64,000 bases of DNA from Salpingoeca rosetta (Eukaryota > Protista > Choanoflagellata). Location: assembly GCA_033442325.1 (NCBI GenBank), contig JAWQFM010000009.1, positions 80,702-144,701 on the forward strand, in the 5' to 3' direction. How positions within the stretch are numbered: position 1 is the stretch's first letter; the number at the start of each line of letters is the position of its first letter. Below are positions 17,617-47,350 of this stretch, piece by piece. Position numbers and translations under genes: made by a program. Under the pieces are notes generated by a model that made no database searches, was not told the DNA's origin, and saw only the letters and a list, made by a program, of their open reading frames with translations.

Positions 17617-17708
17617 CACATCGCATCACATCACATTACAATCACACAGTGCGCAACACGAGCATGCGACGTAACACAGGACGTTACAAAGGCGTCATCT
17701 CCTCATGG

Positions 17709-21753
<4,045 letters not shown>

Positions 21754-22053
21754 GGTGAGGGTGGTGCACTGCAGTGTGGTCCGGCACAGCTTGTCTCCTT
21801 TGTTGGCTGGAGAGATTTGCAACCGACAAAAAAAAGTACACCAACGTGCAGCGTGGGAACCGACTGAATTCAGTTGTGTAGTGAAAAGCGACACCATGAA
21901 AGATAGTATCACAGCGCCCTCACACACACACAGTGCGTGCATCATCATTCTTCTCCACACACGCAACACCCACAACAACAACCAACAACCCACGACCACC
22001 TTCCTTCTTGCCTTGCTTGCTTGTGTTGCCTCGCTTGTTGTTGTCGTGTTGCC

Positions 22054-22303
22054 ATGTTTGGTGTTCAGCGAGTTGCGAGCGTGCGTGCCGCCGCTGCCGT
22101 TGCTGTGCGCGGGGCACGCCTGGCACAGGCTGCTGCTGCTGTTTCCGTGCGGCATGCCAGCACCGGCGCGGTGCAGGTGTGCGAGACGGCTGAGGAGGCC
22201 ATTGCTGGCGTGCAGGACGGCTCCAAGCTCCTGGTCGGCGGTGCGTCCACTGTGCACTGTTGCGTGCACGCTTGTGTGTATGTGTGTGTGTGTGTGTGCA
22301 CGC

Positions 22304-22345
<42 letters not shown>

Positions 22346-23176
22346 ACGCTTGTGCGTGTGTGTGTGTGCACACGCTTGTGTGTGTGTGTGTGTGCACGCT
22401 TGTGTGTGTGCACGCTTGTGTGTGTGCACGCTTGTGTGTGTGTGTGTGTGTTTGCCTGCCCCTTCCACCCTTCGCTCTCTCTCTCTCTCTGTCTATTGGA
22501 ATATGTAGCACACGTCCTCACAACCCGCCCCTCACTTGTGCTGCTTTGCCCAGGCTTTGGTCTTTGCGGTATCCCCGAGAACCTCATTGCTGCCCTGCAG
22601 AAGAGCGGCGCAAAGAACCTTACCTGCGTCAGCAACAACGCTGGGTCAGTTGGGAGAGACAAAAGAGAGCACTGGGAGAGAGAGAGAGTGTGTGTGTGTG
22701 TGTGTGCGTGTGCGTGTGCGTGTGTGTGTCTGCGTCTGTGTCCATGTGTGTGTGTGTGTGACTGCATGTCTGTATGTTTGTGTGTCTGGGTGCGCGAATG
22801 TGGACACTTGTTGTATGTTGTGAGACAAAACACACAACGCCCATCGTGTAGCAGAAGCCGTGCTCATGAAACTGCCCACCACCTCCACTGACCACGGCCA
22901 TGTACTCACACGCTCGCGCGCACGCACTCCCTCCGCCTTTCGTTTGCTGTTGGCGTTTTCCAGTGTGGACGACTTTGGCCTCGGCCTTCTCCTGAAGAAC
23001 AAGCAGGTCAAGCGCATGATCTCGTCGTATGTCGGCGAGAACAAGGAGTTTGAGCGGCAGTACATTGGCGGCGAGCTCGAGGTCGAGCTTACACCGCAGG
23101 TGCGTCGTTGACTTGATCATGGCTTCGTCTGCAAGCATGTGAACCCTGTCGTTGTCGGCGCAACAAGTTCATCGAC

Positions 23177-23261
<85 letters not shown>

Positions 23262-23895
23262 CGGCATATATCACCCTCATTCCTTGTTTCTCCAACTCCC
23301 CCCGCCTTCCATCCATCCACCCTCCTAACACGCTCAGGGCACGCTTGCCGAGCGCATTCGCGCGGGCGGCGCGGGCATCCCGGCGTTCTTCACCCCCACC
23401 GGATATGGGACAATCATCCACGAGGGTGGTGCGCCCATCAAGTACAAGGCCGACGGCAGCGGCGATATTGAGATCCCCAGCAAACCCCGCGAGAGCCGCG
23501 AGTTTAACGGTGTGGAAGTTTGCCTTGCTTGTCTCGTTTGTGAGCGTGAGCGTGTGCATGTGTGTGTGTGTGCATGTGCATGTGTGTGCATGTGTGTGTG
23601 AGTGTGTGTGTGTGAAAAAATGGTTACATGCGTTCCCTCCCGCCATCGGGTTTGTTCGCTCTGTGTCTACCATCCCCCCCCCCTAATTCAATGACCTCAC
23701 ATCTCCCCTCCCCCTCCCTGCTGCTGCTTGCGTGTGCCAGGCGTCCCGTACATCATGGAGGAGGCGATTACCGGCGACTTTGCTCTCGTTCGCGTAAGTC
23801 GTGGACAGCTGTGCACTGTGTGTTTGTACACGTGCTGTTGTGTTCTTCCAACAAACCCCAGCCAACGCTGACCACCTCTTGTTCACACACACACA

Positions 23896-23981
<86 letters not shown>

Positions 23982-24175
23982 GCGCGCGTGTGCGTGTGTG
24001 CAGGCGTGGAAGGCGGACACGGCGGGCAACCTGGTGTTCCGCAAGACGGCGCGCAACTTCAACGCGGCCATGGCCCGGGCAGCAAAGGTGACGGTCGCTG
24101 AGGTGGAGGAGATTGTTCCTGTTGGCGAGCTCGACCCAGATTGCATCCACGTGCCCAGGTCCGTACACACGCACT

Positions 24176-24206
<31 letters not shown>

Positions 24207-24495
24207 ACACACACACATACACACACACACACACAAGCACTATTGTGCATGAAGCATTGTCTGCTGTGGTGAGCTCTGGGTGAGCGCCGGTTTGCAGCGT
24301 GCTCTGTGCATTGACACATCGTTTGTGCTGTGAGTTGTGTGGTCTCATCTTACGTGTCACATGTTACATGCGTGCAGCGTGTATGTGAAACGCGTGTTTA
24401 AGGCAGACCACATGGAGAAGCGCATCGAGGTGCGTGGCCATATTTGTGCTTGCAAGCACGAAAGGAGAACAATTTGAGGAGAATGTCCCCCCCCC

Positions 24496-24579
<84 letters not shown>

Positions 24580-25754
24580 TCTCTCGGACTCACCGAATTC
24601 ATCAACCCTCACCCTCGCCACCACCACCATCATCATACCCCCACCGCCACCAACAACAATGCAGCGGCTGACGCTTGCCAAGGATGGCGACCACGCCCCG
24701 CCTGCGCCCGGCGCGCCCGCCGCCAAGCGCGAGCTCATCATCCGTCGTGCTGCCAAGGAGTTCAAGGTGCGCTGGTGATGGTGGTGACGCATGCTGCCTG
24801 CAAGCAATACTATCGTCATCCTCCTGTTGTTCGCTGTGCTTTTGTAACCCCCTCCCCCGTTGATAAACCTACGCAGCCGTCTCATGCCTGTACACGCGTG
24901 TGCTCGCCTGTGACTGGTGTAGGACGGCATGTTTGTGAACCTTGGTATTGGTATGCCGATGCTTGCATCCAACTTCATCCCAGAGGGTATGAACGTCTCC
25001 CTCCAGTCTGAGAACGGCGTCCTCGGCCTCGTACGTCCACAAACCAACGAGACGTGGTGGCGGTGGCGGCGGTGGTGGTGGTGGTGGTGTGTCTGTGTGT
25101 GTACCTGTCTGTGTGTATCTGTGTGTGTGTGTGTGTGTGTTGTGCATGTGTATGAATAGGATGAGTGGAAGGACGATGTGATCGTTTGGCTTGAAATCTT
25201 TTGTCGTCGTATCGCTTGCTCCCTTCACGCTCACCGTATACTGCTTGTGTTGCGCGCACATGGTGTTGCGGGGGCGTCACTAGGGCCCATTCCCCAAGAA
25301 GGGCGAGGAAGACCCAGACCTGATCAACGCAGGTGTGTGTATGTGAGTGTGAGAGTGTGTGAGTGTGAGGGTGTGTGAGTGTGCGAGTGAGTGAGTGTGT
25401 GTGTGTGTGTGTGTGTACGTTCCCTTGTCTCATGCTTCCCCTTGCGTCCTCATCCTCGTCTCACCATATCAACTCCAACTCTCACATCATCACCGCCATC
25501 AATACCACCAGGCAAGGAGACGGTCAAGGTTCTGCCCGGGTCGTCGTTCTTTGGGTCTGACGACTCGTTTGCGATGATCCGCGGTGGGCACATCCACCTC
25601 ACCATCCTCGGCGCAATGCAGGTCTCCCAGTACGGCGACCTCGCAAACTTCATGATCCCGGTCCGGCCTCCTGTTTGCTGTTGTATTGTGCTGTGTGTCC
25701 AGTTTGTTGAGGTGTAATTGTGGCTGTGTTGCTGTGTTGTGTGTGTGTGTGATT

Positions 25755-25807
<53 letters not shown>

Positions 25808-26862
25808 TGTGTGTGTGTGCGTGTGTGTGCTGTGTGTGCTGTGTTTGTTTGTTTGTGTCGTGTGTCGCTTTGTAAGTGCGCAGTTGCTGTTCCGCGGCAA
25901 CCACCACAACACCAACTCAACCTTTCCTTCCACCTCAATGCTCACCACTCCTTGTGTCATCTGTCACCACCCTGCCGCCCCACATGCGCAGGGCAAGATG
26001 GTCAAGGGCATGGGCGGTGCCATGGATCTCGTGTCTGCCCCCGGCTCTCGTGTCGTCATCACCATGGAGCACTGCGCCAAGGTTTGCTGCCTCCTTCTAT
26101 TGTGCATTGCCACGCTCGCTCTTGTCAACGGCTTCGCCTCAGTCTGCATTTGATTGCACGGCGTCACAGCTTGCCCCGACTTCTTAATCCGCATCACCTC
26201 TTCACGCCCATCAGTCAATCAATCCCTTTCTTCTTGATGCACTATGCAATGTACACACCACCTCACACCATCCACAGAGCGGCGCGCACAAGATCCTCGA
26301 GAACTGCACGCTGCCGCTGACGGGCCCGAAGTGCGTCGACCGCATCATCACAGAGATGGTTCGTTCCGTGGCCGTGCCTTGTCGTTCTCGATCACGTGTC
26401 TTGCAGCATGCTTTCCATGCTCTTCCCCCCCCCCCCGGCTTTCGTCCTCTTCTTTCTCACCACCACCACCACCACCACCACCACCACGACCACATGGTGC
26501 TGCGTGTGAGCAGGGTGTGTTTGACGTGTCCGCCGAGACCGGCCTCACCCTCATCGAGATTGCAGATGGCGTCTCCGTCGACGACGTCAAGGTGACTACG
26601 CAGGGTGCCGTGCGCGCTCGCTGCATTGGCCTTCACACATACAGACACACACACACACACAGACACACACACACACACAGACACACACACACAGACACAC
26701 ACAGACAGACACACACAGACACACACAGACACAGACACAGACACACACACACACTCACTCACTCACTCACTCACTCAACTCACTTGTTTTCCTTCCGTGC
26801 TGCAGGCTGCCACGGGCGCCCCGTTTGCTGTCAGCGACAACCTCAAGGCGATGGACGCATAA
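22054..26862 (+). CDS. OXCT1: Succinyl-CoA:3-ketoacid CoA transferase (SCOT), mitochondrial
   Basis: Presequence followed by [70 protein letters not shown] (catalytic Glu), DLINAG, AMIRGGH and [10 protein letters not shown]. Stop TAA at 26860-26862. Confidence 0.97.
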
Positions 26863-27315
26863 GCGCTCCCCTCCCGTATTGATTTTTCCAACCACGGCAC
26901 CACCAGACACCCACCCACCACCGTTGGTGTTGCTGCATCCAGCGTTGCAGCACATGCGCGTGCGTGTGCGTGGTGGCCGTGCGTGTTGCTTGTTGGTGTT
27001 TGTTTGTTGTCGTTCCCTCTTCGTAGTCGTGCATTTGTTTGCTGATGTTTTGTTTTCTGCTGACAGTTCAATACAGGACAGCGCAGGCTGTTCACGTATG
27101 GATGTTCATGGCAAGCAGTGTGATGTGCCGATATGTGACATGTGATACGATGTGGTGTGATGTGACCACCAGCCCAATACAGCAACCATCAAGCACAGAG
27201 ATCAAGTATTGTTACAGCTGTACACAGCAAAGTCGCGCTGTTGTCGTAGCGTAACATGCTAAAAGAATCAGAGAGGGTGTTCGTGTGTTTGTGTGTGTGT
27301 GTGTGTGTGTGGTCA

Positions 27316-29403
27316 CTAGAATGTGTCGATGCCAACAACAGACGCCGGCAGCTGATCCTCCAGGGCCTGAAAATGCCAGCAATCAGAGAAAAAGGAGGGC
27401 AGGGAGGGGTGTTTGGAAGGTTTGGTTAGAAGCAAGTGCGGGCAGTGGTGGCCAGGTTGGACGTGGTGAAGCACACAGACACAGATACACACAGACACAG
27501 ACACAGACACAGACACAGACACAGACACAGACACAGACACAGACACAGACACACGCACACACACACACACACACCGATAGTCGACTTGACGCAAGAAGGA
27601 GCATCTTGAAGGTTCTCAGCCGATACCGCAGCGTGTCACGCGGGGTTAAACTGCGCTCAAACACGGACAGCTCATCCACCACCGTTGCCATGGAGCTTGT
27701 GCTACCCAGTGAACCCTGCCGCCTTCGCTGCTGTTGTTGTTCATGGCGGTGGTTCTGTGTGGGGATGCTGTCAGCACCTGGTGCTGTCATGTTGGATGTG
27801 TGTGTGTTCACACCAGGAGACGACAGCAGCGACTGAAGTTCCGCCTCCTCTCGCCCCTGCTGCTCGTCGCCATGTTGTTGTTGGTGCTGCTGTTGGTGTG
27901 CTTCTTGCGCGTGTGGTGTGTGGTTTGTGTGCTCGGTCGATTCGAGCGATTGCAATCGTTCTCGCAGCAGAGACGCTTCATCAACGGCATCTGGAAGGGA
28001 CCAACGACCGCACATGTGTGTGAAAAGGAAAAAGGCCGAGGGGACGCACCAGCTACGCAAGCGAAGTAAGCGTGATACGCACACACAAGCGCAACAACAG
28101 CTCCATACTCACACATGCACACACACACACACACACACAGAGGGATAGCTCCACGCTCACGCATGCACTCACTCTCCCACTCTCCCACTCTCCCTCACAC
28201 CCACACCCCCCCCCCCCACACACACACACATACACACACGTGATGGCAGTGTTGGCTGTACCGTTGAGGGCCTGCTTCATGTGCTGCTTATCATCCTGCA
28301 TCTCCTCAAGCTCTCCTTGAACCAGCGCCAAGGTCTCCAGTTTGTCACTCAGGTCGTCCTACATCCAACCGCACACACGTGCAAACAAAACAAAACAAAA
28401 CAAAACAAGAGGTGAGCAGACACATCGCAGGCATCGAACCGCTGTGCTTCTCTTAGAGTCACAGCAGCCAGCCATCAGCAAGTGTGCGTACCTGCAACTG
28501 CTGGATGGTGACCTCCTGTTGTCGCGTTGTTCGCTCCAGATCGTCCTGTGTGTCCTCGAGCTCGGTCACGCGCTTGCGGAGCTACACACCACCACCATAG
28601 CGCCAGTTACCGATATGCAGTCGTCACATAATAGTGAGGGTACACATGACAAAGGTGGCAGCGGCAGGTGCGAAATAACTAGAGCGACGACAGTAGCAAG
28701 GCCACATCTGGACAAATAGCAAGGGCTCAGCTTGACAAGCCACTTGGATGCTGCGCACGCACCGTCACACGCTCTTCTTCAAGCGACAGGACTTGGGATT
28801 TCAGCTTGGTCACGTCCGTCTGGCTCTGTTGCACCGTGCTGTCATACTTTGTCTGCAACATGGGTGACAACAGCCAGAGTAAGTTGACAAGAGCGAGGGA
28901 GGGAGAGAGAGAGAGTATGTGTGCGTGCGTGTGTGTATGCGTGTGCGTGTGCGCGTGCGTGTGTGTGTGCCAACACATGTGCTATGCGAGTGAGCAGATG
29001 CGTTGTCTACGGTTGCTTGGGCGCTGTGCATGAAACCACTGCACGCACCTTGATGTCCTGAAAGTCCCGTTCCAACTTTGCACGCCGTTGGCGTTCGTTC
29101 TTCAATTGACTGTGTGCCTGGAGCGCATTGCCATGATGAAAGGAAAACAAAGCAGGTTATTCATGTGTGCGTGTGAGTGCGTGCACTTGTGTGTGTGTGT
29201 GCTGTGTGCAAAGGTGCATGTGTTGTCATGTGTGCGTGTTCGTGTGTGTACGTGTGCTGTGTCACTCTGCAAATTATTGTTTATGTCACATTATGTCCAC
29301 CACCAACCTGGTTCAACTCCTTCTCCAGCTCTTGCTTCATGGACTCTGTGTGGGCCTTCAGCTCCTCCAGCTCTGCCCTGAGCTGCGCCGCGTCCTCAGC
29401 CAT
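27316..29403 (-). CDS. nudE: NudE/NDE1/NDEL1-family dynein-regulating coiled-coil protein
   Basis: Exons encode MAEDAAQLRAELEELKAHTESMKQELEKELNQ, LRKRVTELEDTQDDLERTTR (compare NDE1 [20 protein letters not shown]) and DEASLLRERL. The C-terminal RLSALEDQL compares with KVGALESKL. The last exon, 27367-27316, is inferred. Confidence 0.82.
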
Positions 29404-29481
29404 GCTCACTCGCTGTTGTTGTTTGTTGCTTGGCCGCTCGAAGTTGGGAAGATTGTTTATGTGACGGCAAATACTCGACAA

Positions 29482-29801
29482 TTAAACGGTTTTGGTGGGC
29501 GATGGTGGCGGTGAATGGTGGTGAGCATTGGGGTTGCTGAGAGTGTTGCGGTGGTTATGCTTTGAGTGCTTTGGCTTTTGCTTTGGATCTCCAGCTGCGG
29601 TGTTGAAGAGAACGATGGCGGCAAGGACGCCCGCAGCGGAGCACAGGAACGGGAAGCTGAGATGCGCCCCAAGCACCACGGCCGAGGTTGCTGTGGCCAA
29701 CAGCATGGACACTGCAACGATAAATAACCTGAGAATGTTGCTGGCGTGCTGCAGATGGGCAGTTGGGGATGTGGAAGAAGTTGGGGATGTGGAAGAAGAG
29801 T

Positions 29802-29855
<54 letters not shown>

Positions 29856-29912
29856 CGTTCGTGTGTGTGTGTGTGCGTGCGTGTGTGTGGGTGTGTGGAT
29901 GTGCGTGTGTGG

Positions 29913-29961
<49 letters not shown>

Positions 29962-31356
29962 CGTGTTTGTGTGTGCATGCGAAGAAAAGCAGATGTGAGG
30001 AAGGAGGGCGGGAGGAAGGCGCATTGGGGCGAGTTGGCATGGCAGAGCGTACAGCTATGGCAGACAACGATTCATCCAGGTACAAGTGGGGCCACAAAGG
30101 GAGCAATTAGGAACCAACGGACCCATACAAGCATACATGCAGCAAGTACACGCAGGGCGGGCACAGGGCAGAGGCCGAACATACGCAGAAACACATCCCT
30201 TCCCACTTACACACACACACATTCGCACGAAAACACACACACACACATATTCGCATAAACACACATTCGCACATTTGCACGCACACACACACACACACCT
30301 TGATGACGTAGCCGTAGATGATGCCGTTGATGGCTTGCGTGAGGATGATGGCCCACGTGAGGTCGGAGAAGCCGGTGAAGAAGTCCGCAGGCGAGTGCAG
30401 GGAGATGGCGGCCAGCACGGCGTTGATCACCGCGCCGCCGAAATAGAGCTTGATGCTCTGCACGAAAAATGGCTCTGGGTTGCGCTTCATAATCACCTCG
30501 CTATACACGCTGGCAAACCCGCTGTTGAAGCAATAAAGAAGCATGCCAACAACGCCAATCGGGGTGATGAACACGCTCGCCGGGTTCCATTCCGTCGCGT
30601 GCAGCTGAAACCCCGAGACGGTGTTCAGCGTACCTGGGAGAGAGGGTGTATCATAGGGAGTGGTGCAGTGTGGTGGAACAAGGGGAAGGAACAAACAAGG
30701 TGCTGGGTGAGCTTGGCGTTGCTTCAGCTACAGGGACACAGAGAAGCGGGGGAGGGGGGATCGTGAGTTTCAGCGTGCAGCTGTACTGAACACACACACA
30801 CACACACACATATATACCCACACACCCACACACCCACACACACACACACACCCACACACCCACACACCCACACACACACGTGCCCACACCCACACACACA
30901 CACACACACCCACACATACCCACACACACACGACATGCTCTCACCGGAGAGAAAGAGGATGAGGAGAGCCAGCCACTTGCGTGGCGTAAAGGTGCGCCTG
31001 AGCAAGAGATAGAAGCAGAGAACCGTGGTGACAGTCTTGAAGTTGCACAGCACTTGGAAGGTTGCCGAGTCCATGTGCCGCTGCAGCAAGATGGCTGCAT
31101 TGTTATTCAAAGCATAGCACAGCGAGGGCACCTGTGAAGATGTGTGTGTGTGTGTGTGTGTGAAAGGGGAGGGGAAGGAAAGAAGTGGTTGTGAGAGGGT
31201 TTGTCGAAGGTAGCGCAATAGAAGGGGTCAAAAGCAGGGAGAGCGGCAGAAGAAGTCCAATGCGCATACAACAAAGAAAACACACGCATGACAACGCACA
31301 CACACACAACAGACACCGCCACACACCACGACGGAAAAGCACAGCGTCCACCCTCT

Positions 31357-31428
<72 letters not shown>

Positions 31429-31667
31429 CGACGCGCACGAGCGCGTACCAAGTAGACCCAATCTGAGGTGGACACGGACCACGTGCGACTGGAAAGGGAA
31501 AACGCAATGGAGATGAGCAGCTTGGTTGTCTCCTGGAGCAGAACAACGGATGCCGAGGAGAACGGAATGCGGCCTGTGTCGTCCTTGGTGAGCGCGAGCA
31601 AAAACGAATGTGTCCCCGTGATGGCCACAGCCACTGGCACACCGCCCACCAACGCCATGGATGCCAT
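29482..31667 (-). CDS. Nucleotide-sugar transporter, SLC35A family (SLC35A4-like)
   Basis: Four exons encode [62 protein letters not shown] and [13 protein letters not shown], with multiple TM helices. Confidence 0.9.
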
Positions 31668-32614
31668 CCTGGAGTAGTTGGATGCGGGCCCAGCACCCAA
31701 CACAAACACTCTAACGTAAAGCACAACAAGAACCAAGCAACGGGTGTCCGCCTTGCTTAGCAGCAGCAACAGCAACAGCAGCAGTGCTTTCAGTGGAGTG
31801 CTGACTGTTGATTTGATCTGCCAGGCTGCGTAACTTATTAACGCACGTGCAGTGTTGACATCATGTGGTGGCCCTCGTCAACAAAGCAACCAAGCAAGCA
31901 AGCAAGCAGACTCAAGCAACTCAAGCACACAACCTCAGCACACAACCTCAGCACACAACCTCAGCACTCAACACCTGGATTGGTTGGATGTCCGTTGCCG
32001 AGTCGGTTGTCCTCCCCACCGAATAATTTCGCGTTCTGGTCCTTGGTCGCGAAGTTCTACGATTTTCTTTCGTGAAGTTCAATAAATTTCCGCATTGCTG
32101 CCGCCTGCCTTCTTCGCGCACTTTTGATTCCTTGAGCCTTGTTGCTTGTTGATTGGTTGGTGCTGTTGCTTGCTGTGCGGTGTTTGTGTTTTGATTTGCG
32201 TGCGTGCGAGAGAGTTGGTGTTGCTGGCGTTTCTTCTTCTTCTTCTTCTTCTTCTTCTTCTTCTTGGTGGTGGTGTGATTGCTTGGAGGTGTGTTTGAGC
32301 GTTTGGTGTTTGGTGTTTGGTTGCGTGAGGAGCGGCTGACGCACTTCACATCCCTTCATTGCGTGGGCGCTGCACGTTCCAGACGGCCGCACGCCAGAGA
32401 CGAAGAAGCAAGCAAGCAAGAAGTCCTTCTGTCTTTCTTTGTTCTGTGTCGTGGTGTTGGGAAACCGCGCTCTGCTTCCCACACCCAACAAACAAACATC
32501 ACATCTCGTCATCGACAAGACTGCGTGCGACAGCCGGTGCGTGCCCTGACGCTGTCGTGGCCTCCTTGCGATCTGGTCCGGTTCTCGATGATGTGTTGGA
32601 ATGCTTTGCTTGGT

Positions 32615-32669
<55 letters not shown>

Positions 32670-32979
32670 TGACGCAACCCAGCTCGGGAGTGTGGAGACC
32701 GAAAAGGGCGAGTTTGTCATCGACAACCTCGGAGAACTACTGGTTCGTTCAGAATGTCCATGTTTGCGCGCCCAAACGCCCTCCACGCCTGTGCTTGTGC
32801 CTTGTTGCGTTACACTTGCGCTGTACTCGGTCCGTTTGTCGATATGGTTTATGTTTGTGAGAGTATGTGTGTGTGTGAGTGTGTGTGTGTGTATGTGTTG
32901 TCGGCCACCCTGCTGTCGGTGCTGTCATCCTGCTGTCGGAGCTGGCATCCTGCTGCCTCCCTTTGCAAAGTGCTCGAGG

Positions 32980-33079
32980 NNNNNNNNNNNNNNNNNNNNN
33001 NNNNNNNNNNNNNNNNNNNNNNNNNNNNNNNNNNNNNNNNNNNNNNNNNNNNNNNNNNNNNNNNNNNNNNNNNNNNNNN
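32980..33079. other. Assembly gap (100 N)
   Basis: Run of N next to a (GT)n tract. Confidence 1.
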
Positions 33080-33132
<53 letters not shown>

Positions 33133-33200
33133 TCGCTTGTGTACTTGTTGGTTGACCAACATTCGTTGGGTAGTTTGTTTGTGTTGCGTGTACGCGCTCA

Positions 33201-33259
<59 letters not shown>

Positions 33260-33655
33260 TCACTCCGACTGTGGATTTGCGAATCACGTCATTCCCACCA
33301 TCACCCACCCACCACTATCACCACCACTATCACCACCACGTTTCTCATTCACCCACTCATCCACTTCACTTGTCATCATTTCGCTCTGCGTCTTGTATTT
33401 CCCATCTGTACATCCACCCACTTCCGTCCTGAAGGAGCAATCGACAACAACATAAGCTACTCTTCGTGGTGAGTGGACTGTGGGTGGGTCGGCTGTACTC
33501 TTGCTCTTCTCACCATTGCATGGGCAGGCCCCAACACCAGCTCTCTCCAACCCCGTTGTTTTGAGACGAAGACGACTGAAACGCCACAGCAACAGCAACA
33601 CCACACGTTGGCTGGTCAGGGGGAACTCGTGACGTGCGCACCATAGCAAAGACTA

Positions 33656-33727
<72 letters not shown>

Positions 33728-33998
33728 CACACACACACACATACGCACACACACACGACAACCACAGCATACACTCTCTGTTTCACTCATCAACATCACA
33801 CTCAACACAACGCTGCCTCACATCAACGCGACCATAAACCCGCCATCCTCACACATCACCACCTCGCCTGCACCCTTGGCGCTTGTCCATTGCAGCCACA
33901 GTTCACACACCCGCCACAGAACTGAACCAACCACTGCGCTTCCCCAGTCGCTGTTGGTGGAACACGCTTTTGTTGATCCAAAGCATCGACCTGCAACC

Positions 33999-40461
<6,463 letters not shown>

Positions 40462-41291
40462 TCGAGCGGTCACGTTGAATTCACCAAGTCACGCAGCGCT
40501 GGTGGCTACTGTTGATGCCCAAACTGATGACATTGCAGTTGTGTTTCTACAGACTAAAGACAACGCACGCACACACGCGCGCGTGTGATGCGTACCGTCT
40601 TTCTTTTTCCCCGTTCCCGCACTTTGGGTGGACTTGTTTGTCGAGTGGGGTTTGATGACTCTGACTAACGTCGCCTTTGCTGATTGACCTCCTTTCGTCG
40701 ACGAACTGTGTCGTCGTTGTTGTAGTTGCTGTTGCTTGAGTTGCCCTTGTGGAGTGTTGCACTGCTATTGTCGCTTTCAATACCCGAGTGTTTACGTTCT
40801 CTAATTGCCCTCCGCTTCCGTTGCCTGACTCGTTGCTGTTGACCTGCCTGTGCGCATGTGTGCGTGCTTTCTTGCGCGCGTATGTGTGTTGTGTGTGCAT
40901 GTGCATGTGTGAAATGGTGTTTGCCGTTCTCATTTCGCCCTGCGCAGGTTGTGAATGTGGCCATCTTTTGTTAATATTGTTCGCTCGCTCGCTCGCTTGG
41001 TTCCGCTGCTTTGATGCAACAGTTTGCGCGTGTGCGTGGCTGCGTTTGTTGTGGCTGCTCCCGAGTTATCTTGGTTTCCTTTTATTGGTTGGCGGTTTTG
41101 GCTTCAACTCATAAATGGTCTTTGCATACGTGATGGCGAACCGATAGGTGTGAAGGGAGGGATTGGTGGAGAGGTTGGGATGCGAAGGAGCTGTAGAGTG
41201 CCACGGTCAACCATGCGAGCTCTGTTTGGTCCATTCGTGCATGGCTGCGTTCACGTCAGCACCCCCTGGGAAAGCGTCAGGTCTCACACCA

Positions 41292-46581
<5,290 letters not shown>

Positions 46582-47151
46582 TTGACTGCCAAATGCAGCG
46601 GAGCACACAAACAACATACACGCAGCAGGAGCGCAGGCGCGATGATTGCGATGGAAGTAGGTGAGACGGGTGCGTGCAACAAAAAAAAATGACCCGAGTG
46701 CACTGCACTGGTCACAACAGGGAGATCACACGCACACAGGGTGACACGCGTCTTTGGATATTCTTGGAACACGAAGCCCACACTCGTCATCCGTGCAAGG
46801 CGAAACAGCACACAAAAGGTCCAACACATCAAACCAAAGCAAAGACAGGGGGTGGAACTTGGGATCATCGATTGCAATGGAGACAGACACACACACACAC
46901 ACGCCGCACACGCGCATACGCGCATACATCGACGGTTGACGTTGTCTCACAACCACACATCGACGGTTGCACGCATCACAGCCATCACCGCACGCATCAC
47001 AGCACCTCATCTTCGTCGTCGCCTTTTTGCCTTTGCTCAAAGTGTTGATATTTGTGGTGTGCATCAGATTTTGCTGACTCGGCATTTGTGGGCTGTTCAC
47101 AATACACAATTTTGTTCACGTTACAGAGAAGCTGGCAAGTCTTCTTCCAAT

Positions 47152-47166
47152 CTTCCTTTTTCCCCT
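47152..47166 (+). promoter_or_regulatory. Putative TCT/5'TOP-like pyrimidine tract at the RPS11 transcription start
   Basis: CTTCCTTTTTCCCCT lies about 40-50 nt upstream of the ATG of a ribosomal protein gene. The TSS is not known. Confidence 0.5.
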
Positions 47167-47204
47167 GTGTTTGCCTTGCACCTTCAGCCCACGCGACCAC
47201 CAAG

Positions 47205-47251
47205 ATGGAAGTCGTGAGTATCAAGCCATGCTCTGTGGCCGTGCTGTGCTG

Positions 47252-47297
<46 letters not shown>

Positions 47298-47315
47298 TGC
47301 TGTGTGCATGTGTTG

Positions 47316-47350
<35 letters not shown>

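Noticed and set aside
31668-32100. uORF microprotein like the one upstream of mammalian SLC35A4
   Set aside because: Only a very short ATG-initiated ORF (near 31864) is visible upstream on the minus strand.
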